Part shown: in pieces, positions 1-8,940 of the stretch
Layout of the letters: the number at the start of each line of letters is the position of its first letter
Position numbering within the stretch: position 1 is the stretch's first letter
From: Lentisphaerota bacterium
GTDB lineage: Bacteria > Verrucomicrobiota > Kiritimatiellia > UBA8416 > JAUUYL01
Reading direction: 5' to 3'
NCBI GenBank assembly: GCA_030590485.1
Contig: JAUUYL010000003.1
Span: forward strand, 6,977 to 70,976
Length of the DNA: 64,000 nt
Notes under the pieces: model-generated
Told to the model about the DNA's origin: nothing
What the model saw: only the letters and a program-made list of their open reading frames with translations
Databases searched by the model: none
Program-made: the position numbers and the translations under genes

Positions 1-206
1 AAAGAAAAAAAAAGATGAGCAAAGTGACATCTGACGCACTGTCACCGATCAGCATGAGCTGTGAAGAATTGCCAGCACCGCTATCCTTCAATTCATCACT
101 TAGACTCGACCATACTTCAGCAACTTCCATCAGCGAACGAGGCGTAGTGTCTCCAATCTCAGGCTCTCTTCCGGCTAGAGGTATAGGGGGCATTATCCTC
201 TCGTTT

Positions 207-3200
207 TCAGGATTTCTCCTGCAAGGGCGTAAAGAATGCCTCAATATCAGCAACGTCCCATTTGCTGATGACCTCTTTCTGATCGCTTAAAAGACCATTA
301 ATCAGCGCACTTTTCTTCTCCTGCAGCTCGAGAATCTTATCCTCAACAGTTCCCGCGGCAATAAGCTTGTAAACGAAAACCGGCTTATCCTGACCAATAC
401 GATGCGCACGGTCAGTAGCCTGATTCTCCACAGCAGGATTCCACCATGGATCATAATGAATCACAGTATCAGCGGCCGTCAGGTTTAGCCCTGTCCCTCC
501 GGCTTTCAGGCTGATGAGAAAAACAGGCACTTCGCCTGATTGAAATTCGCGTATCGGAGTTTTGCGGTCTTTTGTCCGACCGGTAAGCTTAACATACTTA
601 ATATTCTCCGCATCCAGAAGCTCTTCAATCAACTTGATCATGCTGACAAACTGTGAGAACAGAAGAATTCTCCGCCCTTCAGAAACCAGCTCCAGCAGTA
701 GATCGCGCAAGGCATCAAGCTTGGCCGAGTCTTTAACTTTTTCGGCCGCCTTCAGCTTGAGCAGCTTCGGGTGACAGCAGACCTGCCGCATCTTCAGCAA
801 AGCGTCCAGAACAATGATGTGCGATCGAGCCAGCCCTTTCTGTCTGATTGCATCGCGAACCGTTTTTTCCATAGATGCCCTGACGGTTTCATACAGATCT
901 TTCTGCCCGGCCGATAGTTCAATATGTTGGATCATCACGGTTTTCGGCGGCAACTCCTTAGCAACTTCATCCTTGGTGCGACGGAGCATAAACGGAGCAA
1001 TGCGCCGGGCCAGCAGGCGACGCGAATCCACATTGCCTGCCTTCTCAATTGGCACTCGGAACAGTCGCCGGAACAAAGCCTGATCACCGAGCAGACCCGG
1101 CACTACAAATGAAAAAAGCGACCACAGGTCGTCGAGATTGTTTTCCAGCGGTGTTCCGGTCAAAGCAATTCGTTGTTTCGCATGCAGCAATCTGACCGTT
1201 CGAGCCGCCTGTGTTTTATGGTTGCGCACAAACTGCGCTTCGTCCAACACCACCATATGAAACTCGTTTTTCAACAGCATCTTCCCGTCACGAACTAGAA
1301 GCGGATAGGAAGTTACAATCAAATCATATTCCGAAAATGTATCAAAAAACTCATCCCGCTCCGGGCCGTGCGATACATGAACCCGAAGTCCCGGGGCAAA
1401 TCGCCGCGTTTCGTCCTCCCAATTGTACAAAACGCTTGTCGGCGCAACAATCAGACAGGGTTTATCCAGGCGCCCTGATTCTTTTTCTATCAGAATATGC
1501 GCCAGCGCCTGAACGGTCTTTCCAAGCCCCATGTCATCTGCCAGTACCGCACCGAATCCGCTCTCCCGGAGAAACTGCATCCAGCTCACCCCTTCCTGCT
1601 GGTAGTCACGCAGCTCAGTCTTCAATCCCTTCGGAACCTCAACTGCAGGCACTTCCGGTAGCTGCATAAACCGCTGAAGCTTGCTCTTCAGCGATTCAGG
1701 CAAACGCCCCTCCCACGCTGATTCACCATCCAGGAGCCGTCCTAATTCCATGGCCCTTAACCATGGAATCTGCAAACACCCCTCTTTTTTTGCGACAACC
1801 TTTGTATCAAACAGCTCAAGAAGCATTGAGGCCAGCATTCGTAGCCGTTCCGCAGGAATCAGAAGATTACGTTCTTCCGACAATGGGAACACTATATTGC
1901 TGTCTAAAGCTTTGTTCAGTGAGCGTACGGAGGTGCGCCGAAGAAAATCCGTCAGCAACGGGATCAAGTTTATCTTCTCTCCATCAACGACAACGCCCAC
2001 TTCCGCATCAAACCAATCTACGCCAGATGCGCTCTCCTCCAGGTCAGCAAACCAGCTCTCAGGCTCTATCAGCGTCAATTCAAAAGATGGATCAAATTCG
2101 ACATCCCAGCCAAGCTCCTCCAGTCGGGGAACGGTCTGCGAGAGAAACGTCAAAAAGTCATTTTCCTCCTTCAGGGTCAGCCAGCCCCAGACCGGATCAG
2201 AAGGGTCTACCCAGTAGTAGACCCGCCCGACAACTTTGAAACCAACTCCGGCAAACGGGGCTTCCAGCCGTTCTTCCGCCTCGTAATCACGAATCACCGA
2301 GACAAGTGTATCACCATTCCACACAGAAATTAGTTCATCATGTGCAGCGGGGTCAACTGATACCGACCCATACAAATACTCAATCTTCACAGCGTGAACA
2401 GGCTGCCTGGACCCATATGCAAAATGGTTGACCTTAAGATCCTTTTCAGAGAACGTAAATAATGTCATTCGCGCTTTAGACAAAACACGCTCCTCACAAT
2501 GCGTAATATGCAAAGGCCTATGAATGCCCATATCTTTAGAAAATGTTTCATCCATTTTCTTAGAGAGCGCCTCAACATCGGAAGGATGAACCCCCGGCCC
2601 GCTTAGCCACGCATTCATCTGCGATGAAGTAAAAGATGTCTTCAGGCGCCCGAACGTCTTGGCCACCCCGTCAACATAGCACGGAATATCCATCGGAAGG
2701 AGAACCCCGTCACCACCGATTGCCAGATCCGGCTGTTGAGTTCCATCAGGCAGTACAGCCCAGGACAACTCCGCCTTTAAGGCATCACCCGGAGCCAGGA
2801 CATTCTCTTTGCCGATTTCCATCCAGCAACAGCGCCCGGTACCGACAACCCGCCCCAGCCATTCAACGGCCTTCGCTGAATTCAACGGCACAGAATGGAA
2901 TTCTGCTGACGGCAGCAACACCAACAGCTCCAGCAAGAGCTTCCTGTCAATATCCGAAACATACTCCTTTGTGACCAGCCTGGAAAAATCCTGCACGGCT
3001 TTCTGAGGTTCCCCCCACCGCCCGTCTTTCAATACTCTGGAAACAGAGAAGCCGATTGAAACAGAATGTCTCATCCTGTCCGGATTATTCCGCAAAAGAT
3101 AGACCAAAAACCTGTCGTCGCCCTTCTTTACGGGAACCGACACTTCGTTCGTAGTATCTGCCGCATATTGAATCGACGAAAGCCATGGCTGGTAGGGATC

Positions 3201-3554
3201 CGCAGGTACTATAGAAAACTCTTTTACGCGCATGATTTCTGCGAGCTTGTCCTGAGCCTCAGCTGCGAACATAGCCGCTGCTGCATGTTTGCACTGTTCA
3301 AAAACAGGGCAGTCGCAGTAACTCTCTACAGTAACCCAGCCATGCTCATTGAACGACAAACCCATATCAACTTCATATGAAGGCGCATATGATCCTGTAA
3401 CTATAGCGGAAATCGACAGATCTTCAACGCCAGGGAACAGGCGCTGGACTCCGCCAGCCCGGCAGATTTCACGCCCACGCCTCAGGGTCCTGGTATCAAA
3501 ATTATGTAGCCATTCAAGCATAGATGAAAAAAATACCTTTTGAAAACCCCGCAA
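207..3554 (-). CDS. SNF2-family DNA/RNA helicase with N-terminal SWIM zinc finger
   Basis: The 1115-aa ORF carries Snf2 ATPase motifs (GLGKT Walker A; DEAQ box in VLDEAQFVRNHKTQ; helicase C-terminal QATDRAHRIGQ). The N-terminal region has a CxC...CxH cluster (CDCPVFEQCKH) typical of SWIM. Confidence 0.85.
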   Translation of the reverse strand: MRGFQKVFFSSMLEWLHNFDTRTLRRGREICRAGGVQRLFPGVEDLSISAIVTGSYAPSYEVDMGLSFNEHGWVTVESYCDCPVFEQCKHAAAAMFAAEAQDKLAEIMRVKEFSIVPADPYQPWLSSIQYAADTTNEVSVPVKKGDDRFLVYLLRNNPDRMRHSVSIGFSVSRVLKDGRWGEPQKAVQDFSRLVTKEYVSDIDRKLLLELLVLLPSAEFHSVPLNSAKAVEWLGRVVGTGRCCWMEIGKENVLAPGDALKAELSWAVLPDGTQQPDLAIGGDGVLLPMDIPCYVDGVAKTFGRLKTSFTSSQMNAWLSGPGVHPSDVEALSKKMDETFSKDMGIHRPLHITHCEERVLSKARMTLFTFSEKDLKVNHFAYGSRQPVHAVKIEYLYGSVSVDPAAHDELISVWNGDTLVSVIRDYEAEERLEAPFAGVGFKVVGRVYYWVDPSDPVWGWLTLKEENDFLTFLSQTVPRLEELGWDVEFDPSFELTLIEPESWFADLEESASGVDWFDAEVGVVVDGEKINLIPLLTDFLRRTSVRSLNKALDSNIVFPLSEERNLLIPAERLRMLASMLLELFDTKVVAKKEGCLQIPWLRAMELGRLLDGESAWEGRLPESLKSKLQRFMQLPEVPAVEVPKGLKTELRDYQQEGVSWMQFLRESGFGAVLADDMGLGKTVQALAHILIEKESGRLDKPCLIVAPTSVLYNWEDETRRFAPGLRVHVSHGPERDEFFDTFSEYDLIVTSYPLLVRDGKMLLKNEFHMVVLDEAQFVRNHKTQAARTVRLLHAKQRIALTGTPLENNLDDLWSLFSFVVPGLLGDQALFRRLFRVPIEKAGNVDSRRLLARRIAPFMLRRTKDEVAKELPPKTVMIQHIELSAGQKDLYETVRASMEKTVRDAIRQKGLARSHIIVLDALLKMRQVCCHPKLLKLKAAEKVKDSAKLDALRDLLLELVSEGRRILLFSQFVSMIKLIEELLDAENIKYVKLTGRTKDRKTPIREFQSGEVPVFLISLKAGGTGLNLTAADTVIHYDPWWNPAVENQATDRAHRIGQDKPVFVYKLIAAGTVEDKILELQEKKSALINGLLSDQKEVISKWDVADIEAFFTPLQEKS

Positions 3555-3776
3555 GCAACGTCAATGCTGCCTTTATAAAATCAACCTGTCTACACAAGCG
3601 TAACCAGCCTCACATTCCAAGACCACATTAATCATCTGAAAGGTTACACTGGGAGTGATGATTTACAAAAATGTCCCGCAAGAGTCAAGAAGCGTATAGC
3701 AGGGAGGCCCTTCCGAAAAAGAGGAATTTGTATTGCCGGCCAAGCATTCTCCCTTCATTCCATCCGTCAGCCGCGC

Positions 3777-3843
3777 CTACGAGAGTGAACTTGCCGGCTG
3801 AATGCTCTGTTTCTTCAAGATGCAAAGAAAGTTTCTCCTGCAC
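3777..3843 (-). pseudogene. hipA/hipT-like relic (P-loop region fragment) in an intergenic spacer
   Basis: The 67-bp stretch 3777-3843 is about 87% identical (58/67) to 6380-6447 inside hipT. Its reverse-complement translation reads KKLYSFTVQEKLSLHLEETEHSAGKFTLVG, against the HipT stretch SVTIPGVQEKLSLHLEKAEHSSGKFTLVG. There is no start codon, and similarity is lost on both flanks. Confidence 0.5.
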
Positions 3844-3958
3844 AGTGAAAGAATAAAGCTTCTTGAAAAATCAGGAAAGAAAGCAGAAGCTGACAAGCTG
3901 AAGAAACAGTTCGAGGCAAACAAAAAAGCCACTATGGCGTAGAACAACAGAGGTATCA

Positions 3959-5440
3959 ATGAATATAAAGACTATATTAGTTATATACATTTCGTTATTA
4001 GTGAGTTTTGTGTCAGCAGCTGACCTTGAGCTTGCGTCACCATTTTCAGAGCACATGGTGTTGCAGAGGCAGATGCCTATTCCTGTCTGGGGCTGGGGTA
4101 AGCCGGGAAGTAAGATATCAGTCGAATTTGCGAGTAAAACAACAAAAGGCAAGGTCAGAGCAGACGGCAGATGGAAAGTTATTTTGCCAGCCGTTAATAA
4201 AGCAGGCGGCCCACATAAATTTACCGTTAAATCGGGTGATGCAGTAATTGAATATAAAGACGTTCTTGTTGGCGAGGTCTGGATATGCTCCGGCCAGTCA
4301 AATATGCAACAAGGTAGAGGAGTCCTGAAAAATGCTAAGCAAATGCTGGTCGTAGCCGCGAAGAAACCCATTAGATGTATGGAGGTGAAGCGCACGGTAA
4401 GATTTGAGCCGCAGGAACGTTGTTCGGGTAAATGGTCTAAACAAACTCCTAACAGTGCCGTTGCATTTGCGTTTGCTTATTATCTGAATAAAGATCAGGA
4501 CATACCTGTGGGAATCATTCTGACATGTTGGAGTAGCTCAAGCATAGAAGGCTGGATGCCTCTTGAGATGCAAAAACAGCTTCCACATTTCAAGACACAT
4601 ATGGATAAATTCAAGAAACAGGATACCAAGAAAGTAACAGCGCTTATAACTCAGGAAAAGAAAGGCAAAAAATGGGCGCAAAAGGATAATGTCTTTCTGC
4701 GTACTAGGCCTAATATCCTTTATAATGCTATGATGCATCCGCTTATTCCTTATGCAGCAAGAGGAATAGTCTGGTACCAGGGTGAGGCAAACTCTGAAAC
4801 CATGCAGACAACAAAACAGTATGGAACTACTTTGTCGTTATGGTGCAAAGAACTTCGCAATCGCTGGGGCAGGATCGAGCTATGTTTTATACCGGTGATG
4901 CTGCCAAGATTCGGGAAGATTCTCCCAAAGTCGCCCTCCACTGACCCAGGTAATCCTTCTGCGTATAGCTGGGCTTATTTCAGAGAAGCTCAAATGAAAA
5001 TTCTTGATCTTCCTAATACAGCAATTGCGAACACCATTGATCTTGGCGCTTTAAAGAACATTCATCCGAGAGATAAAGAGCTTATTGGTAAGCGACTTGC
5101 ATTATTAGCAGGTGGTTTAACTGGCGATGCTAAAGGTCTCGTGCAAGGACCTGTTTTTTCTGGAATGAAGAAAGAAGGCAAGAATCTGAGAATAAGCTTT
5201 AAGAATGCGGATGGATTAAAAACAATTGACGGCAAACCGCCCGCCGAGTTCTGGGTTGCCGGTAAAGACAATAAATGGGTACAGGCTACAACTAAAATAA
5301 GTAAAGACTCTGTAATACTGTCATGGGACGGTAAAGCTACGCCTGTAGCAGTACGCTATGCTTTTGCCGGATTTCCGAAAGTAAATCTTGTTAATAGTGC
5401 AGGACTACCTGCTATACCTTTCAGAACAGATACAAATTAG
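3959..5440 (+). CDS. secreted carbohydrate esterase, sialate O-acetylesterase-like (SGNH/DUF303 family)
   Basis: It has an N-terminal signal peptide and a GQSNMxxG motif (CSGQSNMQQG) with downstream conserved W/Y-rich blocks typical of sialic-acid-specific 9-O-acetylesterase domains. The gene is AT-richer than its surroundings. Confidence 0.55.
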   Translation: MNIKTILVIYISLLVSFVSAADLELASPFSEHMVLQRQMPIPVWGWGKPGSKISVEFASKTTKGKVRADGRWKVILPAVNKAGGPHKFTVKSGDAVIEYKDVLVGEVWICSGQSNMQQGRGVLKNAKQMLVVAAKKPIRCMEVKRTVRFEPQERCSGKWSKQTPNSAVAFAFAYYLNKDQDIPVGIILTCWSSSSIEGWMPLEMQKQLPHFKTHMDKFKKQDTKKVTALITQEKKGKKWAQKDNVFLRTRPNILYNAMMHPLIPYAARGIVWYQGEANSETMQTTKQYGTTLSLWCKELRNRWGRIELCFIPVMLPRFGKILPKSPSTDPGNPSAYSWAYFREAQMKILDLPNTAIANTIDLGALKNIHPRDKELIGKRLALLAGGLTGDAKGLVQGPVFSGMKKEGKNLRISFKNADGLKTIDGKPPAEFWVAGKDNKWVQATTKISKDSVILSWDGKATPVAVRYAFAGFPKVNLVNSAGLPAIPFRTDTN

Positions 5441-5672
5441 CAAGATAGGTTGTTAGGCTATTAGGATGATAGAAAAAAGGAGAGTGAGCACCGGAGGTGG
5501 GAGGTGGTTTGCATAGCTCACAGAGCGATACATGGGTCTTGCTGAGGCGTTGTAGGGGATTGCCATAATCCCGCTAATACACCTTGTTTTAGGGCATAAT
5601 CAGGCAACCAAATATTCAAATGAGCTTGCGTTTTTGATTTTTTCTTTGGCATAATATTTACCCTTGATCAGC

Positions 5673-6629
5673 TCAAAGCTCTAACCGCTCACGCCGAACA
5701 TTAATAAGGTCTTCAAACTCCTCTTTCTTCTCATCAGAGATAAAGCTTTGTTCAATAAATGACAAGACCGAAGAGATATTCGATACGACTCGTTCATATG
5801 CATTGTCTGCCTGCTTGTCATTCAACCCTATAGCCCCGGCAAAGGTGTCAAAATCACGGCGCTTCAGTTTTGCTTTCTTTCTGTTCAACGCAAGAGCGAT
5901 CTCTTCTGGATCATCAGCCTCTGAAATTAGAAGTCTGGTGGCAACAAGGTCATATGCCGGTGCCAACTGAACAAGATCCATCTTAGAATAATAGAGAGAG
6001 AAGTTCTTCAGGTGCATGTCAGCATTTCCAGTCAGGAAACAAAACAGCGTTATATCGAAGAGCTTGGTGATATCCAGCAATGGATGAGAAGAATACTCAC
6101 TGATAGCTTTCCCAATATTCTCCATGGAACTCCGGTATTTCTGCTCCGTCAACCGCTCTGTCAACTGACACATATCCTCCATGTGATGTATCTTCTTATT
6201 CTGAGTTCTGTCTATTCGCTTTGTAATATACGCCAACTCGCCAGAGTTAAGGCGTATCAGCCCATGAGCAACTGTCTTTATTCCGCATAACTCCGCAAGA
6301 TTCATAGTCAGGTCTTCAATTTCCGGCATCTCCGGATATTTCCTTACAGGAGGCTTCAGTATATAATCCCCCCATAAACCTACGAGAGTGAACTTGCCAG
6401 AAGAATGCTCTGCTTTCTCAAGATGTAAGGACAGTTTCTCCTGCACACCCGGAATGGTTACGCTACTCTTAACAATATTCTCAGCCAACGCCTCCAGCTC
6501 GTCCAATGCGTAAGGCATCTCGGGCGGAGTTGTCTTGCCGAAAAGAGACTTACTACAGGCCGGATGATACTCATTCTCTGAATCATCCAACGGCTGATAA
6601 CAACGCAAACATTTCCCTGTTATACTCAT
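5673..6629 (-). CDS. hipT: HipT-like Ser/Thr kinase toxin (HipA core kinase domain without the N-subdomain)
   Basis: It carries a Gly-rich loop VTIPGVQEKLSL (HipA ISVAGAQEKTAL), a catalytic motif GNADMHLKNFS (HipA GATDGHAKNFS) and a downstream AP-YDLVAT motif. Its stop/start overlaps the upstream hipS-like gene by 4 nt (ATGA). Confidence 0.85.
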   Translation of the reverse strand: MSITGKCLRCYQPLDDSENEYHPACSKSLFGKTTPPEMPYALDELEALAENIVKSSVTIPGVQEKLSLHLEKAEHSSGKFTLVGLWGDYILKPPVRKYPEMPEIEDLTMNLAELCGIKTVAHGLIRLNSGELAYITKRIDRTQNKKIHHMEDMCQLTERLTEQKYRSSMENIGKAISEYSSHPLLDITKLFDITLFCFLTGNADMHLKNFSLYYSKMDLVQLAPAYDLVATRLLISEADDPEEIALALNRKKAKLKRRDFDTFAGAIGLNDKQADNAYERVVSNISSVLSFIEQSFISDEKKEEFEDLINVRRERLEL

Positions 6630-6967
6630 TCGGCGTTATCTCCATCAATGGGCAGCGCGCCCACCATCCCAATGCAATCCTTGCAACAGGCAAGCAGAAG
6701 CCCCATCCTGTCATGAACATCTATCTTCCATGATCTATGAGCAATATCCAGGAGCCAGCCTTCCGGAATCAAACCATCAAAAAATGGAAACATGTATTTC
6801 TCATAAAACGGTTCTGACTGAAGCGGAAGCGTAAGACTGACACCCATGGATTCAGGATTCTCAATATACGCATTCTCATATGTAAAGGTATACCCATCGT
6901 CAGTCTCAGTCAGAATCCCTGCAATGACGTCATTATACAGTATGCTTGCTTTTCTATTCATGTTCAC
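6626..6967 (-). CDS. hipS: HipS-like protein (stand-alone HipA N-terminal subdomain)
   Basis: The 113-aa ORF resembles the HipA N-subdomain (the CKDCIGMVGALP block parallels HipA RDSVGAV). It is translationally coupled to hipT. Confidence 0.8.
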   Translation of the reverse strand: MNMNRKASILYNDVIAGILTETDDGYTFTYENAYIENPESMGVSLTLPLQSEPFYEKYMFPFFDGLIPEGWLLDIAHRSWKIDVHDRMGLLLACCKDCIGMVGALPIDGDNAE

Positions 6968-7172
6968 TTCTTCTCTGCTTCGGAGTCGGACTCATCTCAT
7001 GCCCGAACAAAGCAAGAACCTGATTAACCTTTTCCATATCCAAGCTCTTTTTCCCCTGCTCCATATCACGAATAAAGCGCAAACCAACACCAGCCCTATC
7101 CGCAAGATCCCTCTGCGTCATTTTCAACAGCTTACGCTTCTCCTTAAGAAACTTTGACAAAGTATTTTTCAT
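6954..7172 (-). CDS. hipB: HipB-like XRE-family HTH transcriptional regulator
   Basis: The roughly 72-aa ORF has the helix-turn-helix LKMTQRDLADRAGVGLRFIRDME. It overlaps the hipS start by 14 nt. The track ORF begins at GTG 7178, and an in-frame ATG lies at 7172. Confidence 0.75.
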   Translation of the reverse strand: MKNTLSKFLKEKRKLLKMTQRDLADRAGVGLRFIRDMEQGKKSLDMEKVNQVLALFGHEMSPTPKQRRSEHE

Positions 7173-7185
7173 AACCACAATACAA

Positions 7186-7284
7186 TATACCCGCTCGGGT
7201 ATATTGTCAATATATTTTTAGCCATTTATACCCGTACAGGTATATATTTTACTCAAAGCTGTTGAATATACCCGTTCGGGTATA
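7186..7284. promoter_or_regulatory. array of three 18-bp palindromes TATACCCG-NN-CGGGTATA (candidate HipB operators)
   Basis: The palindromes are at 7186-7203 (perfect 8-bp arms), 7227-7244 (one arm mismatch) and 7267-7284 (perfect arms). Centre-to-centre spacing is 41 and 40 bp. The array starts 14 nt upstream of the hipB ATG. E. coli HipB operators are TATCC-N8-GGATA palindromes. Confidence 0.6.
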
Positions 7285-7528
7285 TTCGGCTCGCAATTAC
7301 ACGATTTGTAGCAAACCCGTAACAAAATTCATGATTGCTGAAAAGTATATATCGCCATTACTCAACATTCATAAGCTATATCTGAGTTTCCAATCGTATA
7401 ACTATGGCGGTCTTGCGCACTGCCACAATTGCTCCAACACCCCTTATTTCACTGTATAATTTGTTACCTGCTCTTTCAAAAAAGCTTGCTGTTACAGTGC
7501 TAATACCCCATATTCATGCCCTCTTCAC

Positions 7529-7616
7529 GGAGGGGTGCCAGAGTGGCCGAATGGGGCGGTCTCGAAAACCGTTGATCCTTACGGATCCGTGGGTTCGAAT
7601 CCCACCTCCTCCGCCA
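7529..7616 (+). tRNA. tRNA-Ser (anticodon CGA), CCA encoded
   Basis: The 88-nt cloverleaf has acceptor GGAGGGG/CTCCTCC, an anticodon stem GCGGT/ACCGT with loop CTCGAAA, a long variable arm TGATCCTTACGGATCCG, a T-arm GTGGGTTCGAATCCCAC and a 3' GCCA end. Confidence 0.9.
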
Positions 7617-7626
7617 TTTTGCGGCC

Positions 7627-8169
7627 CTACTCCACCGACATCACTGTGAAGGTGTGAGTGTCCGGACCCATTTTGAGATTGAAGGTGTCGCCAACAGTTC
7701 TGCCGAGAACAGCTTTGCCCATAGGCGAAAGTGATGTGACAACAACTATTGCTTCGCCGTCAGACGTAATTTTCTCTCCACCAGCGGCTGGACCGAGAAA
7801 CAGAACACGCCTCTCTCCGTCGGATCTTTCCAACCGAATTAGAGCACTAAGCTGAATTGGGGAGTTGTCGTTCAGGTCTTTGAGCGGAAGTATCTGAAAG
7901 CGATCTAACGCGTCGGTCAATTCCGCAACCCGCTTCGCCTGCCCTCTTGCCAGATAGGATGATTCCAAACTAAATGTCTCGTATTTGCTCTTGGCCTGAT
8001 GCTCATCGTTAGTTGCCGAATCGAGGGATTTTTTCGCTGCATCGGAGAGAAACGCCAATTCTTCGCTTATCTGATCTACGTAACACTGATGGATTTCTTT
8101 TTTCGTCACAACTGTTTCATCATCACCCCAAACAGGATGTTTGTCAATTATTACAATCTTCACGATCAT
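7627..8169 (-). CDS. GreA/GreB-family transcript cleavage factor (divergent N-terminal half)
   Basis: The C-terminal domain carries the GreA-C signature (VTSLSPMGKAVLGRTVGDTF, compared with ISxxSPxGxALLGxxxGDxV). The start was moved to ATG 8169 (MIVKIV...), because the track ORF reaching 8442 adds 91 low-complexity residues. Confidence 0.65.
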   Translation of the reverse strand: MIVKIVIIDKHPVWGDDETVVTKKEIHQCYVDQISEELAFLSDAAKKSLDSATNDEHQAKSKYETFSLESSYLARGQAKRVAELTDALDRFQILPLKDLNDNSPIQLSALIRLERSDGERRVLFLGPAAGGEKITSDGEAIVVVTSLSPMGKAVLGRTVGDTFNLKMGPDTHTFTVMSVE

Positions 8170-8227
8170 TTTTTTCCGATCATCTTTTTCTAATGACAAA
8201 CCTTTCGCAGACGTATACACTATGTAA

Positions 8228-8914
8228 ATGGAGAATTTAATGTTAAAAGTATCAATGTATCTACTGATGTCGCTGCTTATTTCGCAGTCTGTTTTCGCAG
8301 ATGTGCTTGTCGTGGGAAAGACCAGAAACGAAGGTACGTTCAAGGGCTTTGCCAACAATAACTTTGAATTAGAGCAGAAGGACGGCAAAACCCTTAAGAT
8401 CAATCGTACCAAGGTAAAAGCTCTGGAACTGGATAAGCCCACAAAGGTCTCCTATCTGCAGAGAGGTAAAAAAGAGGTTCGAAACGTTGAATTGCTTCGT
8501 TACGAGAGATTCAAGTTCTCATTTGCCGGCAAGAAGAAAGAAACGCATGTGATGGGTTCTATAATGAAGAACATCACTAAATCCTGGAGTTATTCCGGGA
8601 CCGGTGGTGGAGCAGCAAGGAGCGACATTCCAACCGCACCCCCAGCATTGGACTTAAGCGGCGTCGAAGGCGCCGATCTAACACCTGAGCAGGAAACAAC
8701 GCTGGCTTCATACAAATCCGCCCGCGCAGATTACGATAAGTTTCTAAACGAAAATACCGTACTGGTCAAACAGATGGACGTAGCAACCCATGAGACCAGA
8801 GAAAAGCTTCTGAACGAACTCCGAATCCGAAAACAGAACGAACAGCCACTCAGAATCGCGCTTCAAAAGGCTACGGACGACACACTTGCCGCCTTCCCGC
8901 CGCCGGCAAAATAA
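8228..8914 (+). CDS. hypothetical secreted protein
   Basis: It has an N-terminal signal peptide (MYLLMSLLISQSVFA) and a Lys/Glu-rich coiled-coil-like C-terminus. I recognised no family. Confidence 0.45.
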   Translation: MENLMLKVSMYLLMSLLISQSVFADVLVVGKTRNEGTFKGFANNNFELEQKDGKTLKINRTKVKALELDKPTKVSYLQRGKKEVRNVELLRYERFKFSFAGKKKETHVMGSIMKNITKSWSYSGTGGGAARSDIPTAPPALDLSGVEGADLTPEQETTLASYKSARADYDKFLNENTVLVKQMDVATHETREKLLNELRIRKQNEQPLRIALQKATDDTLAAFPPPAK

Positions 8915-8940
8915 AATGCCAGCAATAATAGCTGAACTCA

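Noticed and set aside
15-290. 91-aa plus-strand ORF at the window start
   Set aside because: It is Ser-rich and low in complexity. It overlaps the 3' end of the SNF2 helicase gene on the opposite strand and has no recognisable motif.
3555-7616. Integrase or att repeat for the putative tRNA-Ser island
   Set aside because: No integrase-like ORF and no direct repeat of the tRNA 3' end was found in the window, so the island call stays a hypothesis only.
7627-8442. Full 271-aa ORF for the GreA-family gene
   Set aside because: The first 91 residues are low-complexity with no similarity to GreA. An internal ATG at 8169 gives a protein of about GreA size, so the longer ORF is probably upstream read-through.
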